The notes under the pieces: model-generated | Database searches by the model: none | Seen by the model: only the letters and a program-made list of their open reading frames with translations | What the model was told of the DNA's origin: nothing | Shown: positions 56,217 through 57,307 of the stretch, one piece after another | Numbering within the stretch: the stretch's first letter is position 1 | How the letters are laid out: the number at the start of each line of letters is the position of its first letter | Made by a program: the position numbers and the translations under genes | DNA from: an uncultured Atopobiaceae bacterium | Lineage (GTDB): Bacteria > Actinomycetota > Coriobacteriia > Coriobacteriales > Atopobiaceae | NCBI GenBank assembly: GCA_944321385.1 | Contig: CALULC010000001.1 | Span: forward strand, 1 to 57,307 | Length of the DNA stretch: 57,307 nucleotides | Direction: 5' to 3'

Positions 56217-57307
56217 ATGGAGACTCTCGACAGCACCCTCTACCTGAGCAATGACGACCTGTTCCTCTTCGCTCGCGGCGAGTGGTACAAGAGCTACGAG
56301 AAGATGGGCGCTCACCCCGCCGTCACCGACGACGGCACCCGCGGCTTCCACTTTGCCGTCTGGGCGCCCGACGTGAAGAGCGTCCACGTCATCGGTGACT
56401 TCAACGGCTGGGACGAGATGGCAACCCCGCTCCACGTCTCCGAGTCCGGTGGCATCTGGCAGGGGTTTGTTCCCGGCATCGAGGAGGGCGCCCTCTACAA
56501 GTACCTCATCGAGTGCAACGACGGCCGCAAGCTCTACAAGGCGGACCCGTACGGCTTTTATTCCGAGAAGGTCCCCGGCACGGCGTCGCGCACCTTCGAC
56601 CTCGATGGCTACGAGTGGGGAGACGGCTCCTACATGAAGGCCCGCGCCAAGCGCGACATGTTTGCCGAGCCGCTCAACATCTTTGAGGTGCACCTGGGCA
56701 GCTGGCGCCGCCACGGCGACGAGCCCCAGGGCGAGCCGCGCCCCGACGGCACCTACCCCGGCCCGGGCGATCCCTTCCCCGCCCAGCGTGGCGTTGTCTA
56801 CAGCTATGACGACCTGGCGGACGAGCTCGTCGAGTACGTCAAGGAGATGGGCTACTCCCACATAGAGATCATGCCCGTCAACGAGCACCCCTTCGACGGC
56901 TCCTGGGGCTACCAGCCCACGGGCTACTACGCCGCCACCTCCCGCTACGGCGACCCCAAGCAGTTCATGCACTTCATCGACGCCTGCCACGAGGCCGGCA
57001 TCGGCGTGATCTTTGACTGGGTCTGCGGCGGCTTCTGCGCCAACGCCGAGGGCCTCGCCAACTTCAACGGCGGGATGCTCTACGAGCACAAGATCCACCC
57101 CAACTGGAACACCCACCAGTTCCACTACGGCCGCGGCGAGGTGCGCAGCTTCCTCGTCTCCAACGCCCTGTTCTGGGCCGACCTCTTCCACGCCGACGGC
57201 ATCCGCATGGACGGCGTCTCCTCGATGCTCTACATGAACTTCGGCATCGACGACCCCGGTCAGAAGCGCTTCAACGAGAAGGGCACCGAGGAGGACCTCG
57301 ACGCCTC
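56217..57307 (+). CDS. glgB: 1,4-alpha-glucan branching enzyme (5' part; runs off the window)
   Basis: Absent from the ORF track because it has no stop. After RBS gaggag: METLD...YEKMGAHP...FAVWAP...KADPYGF...FEVHLGSW...EHPFDGSWGYQPTGYY...DGIRMDGVSSMLY. Confidence 0.95.
   Translation, partial: METLDSTLYLSNDDLFLFARGEWYKSYEKMGAHPAVTDDGTRGFHFAVWAPDVKSVHVIGDFNGWDEMATPLHVSESGGIWQGFVPGIEEGALYKYLIECNDGRKLYKADPYGFYSEKVPGTASRTFDLDGYEWGDGSYMKARAKRDMFAEPLNIFEVHLGSWRRHGDEPQGEPRPDGTYPGPGDPFPAQRGVVYSYDDLADELVEYVKEMGYSHIEIMPVNEHPFDGSWGYQPTGYYAATSRYGDPKQFMHFIDACHEAGIGVIFDWVCGGFCANAEGLANFNGGMLYEHKIHPNWNTHQFHYGRGEVRSFLVSNALFWADLFHADGIRMDGVSSMLYMNFGIDDPGQKRFNEKGTEEDLDA

Overview
High-GC bacterial chromosomal window, most likely from a Coriobacteriia (Olsenella/Atopobiaceae-like) gut anaerobe; this is inferred from gene content and style. 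Core and metabolic genes include a fused MurT-GatD, queT, a LytS/LytTR pair, trxA, pgi, rbsK with a nucleoside hydrolase, treR-treP-treC, SRP RNA, dnaX-ybaB-recR, tRNA-Asp, mutY, rubrerythrin and the 5' part of glgB. Sortase-anchored surface proteins include a triple purple-acid-phosphatase-like protein, a GH20 hexosaminidase and a pilus island with two class C sortases. The most striking unexplained structure is a family of four convergent (head-to-head) arrays, 35 units in total, with a near-invariant 41-bp period (one 42-bp interval). Each unit has two conserved boxes separated by fixed-length variable segments (CTCCA-N14-TAAG-N18). Two arrays directly flank a DUF559/Vsr-like PD-(D/E)XK nuclease gene and two are solo copies. 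This is a candidate undescribed nuclease plus repeat-array system, and it is not CRISPR. Also notable: (i) two small islets (a degenerate dCTP-deaminase-like gene plus a 2-TM protein; a Fic gene), each flanked by a direct repeat that duplicates the 3' end of the upstream gene; (ii) five copies of a fixed-length 73-bp inverted-repeat element; (iii) a structured queT leader that may be a riboswitch. All family calls come from motif recognition by eye; no searches were run.
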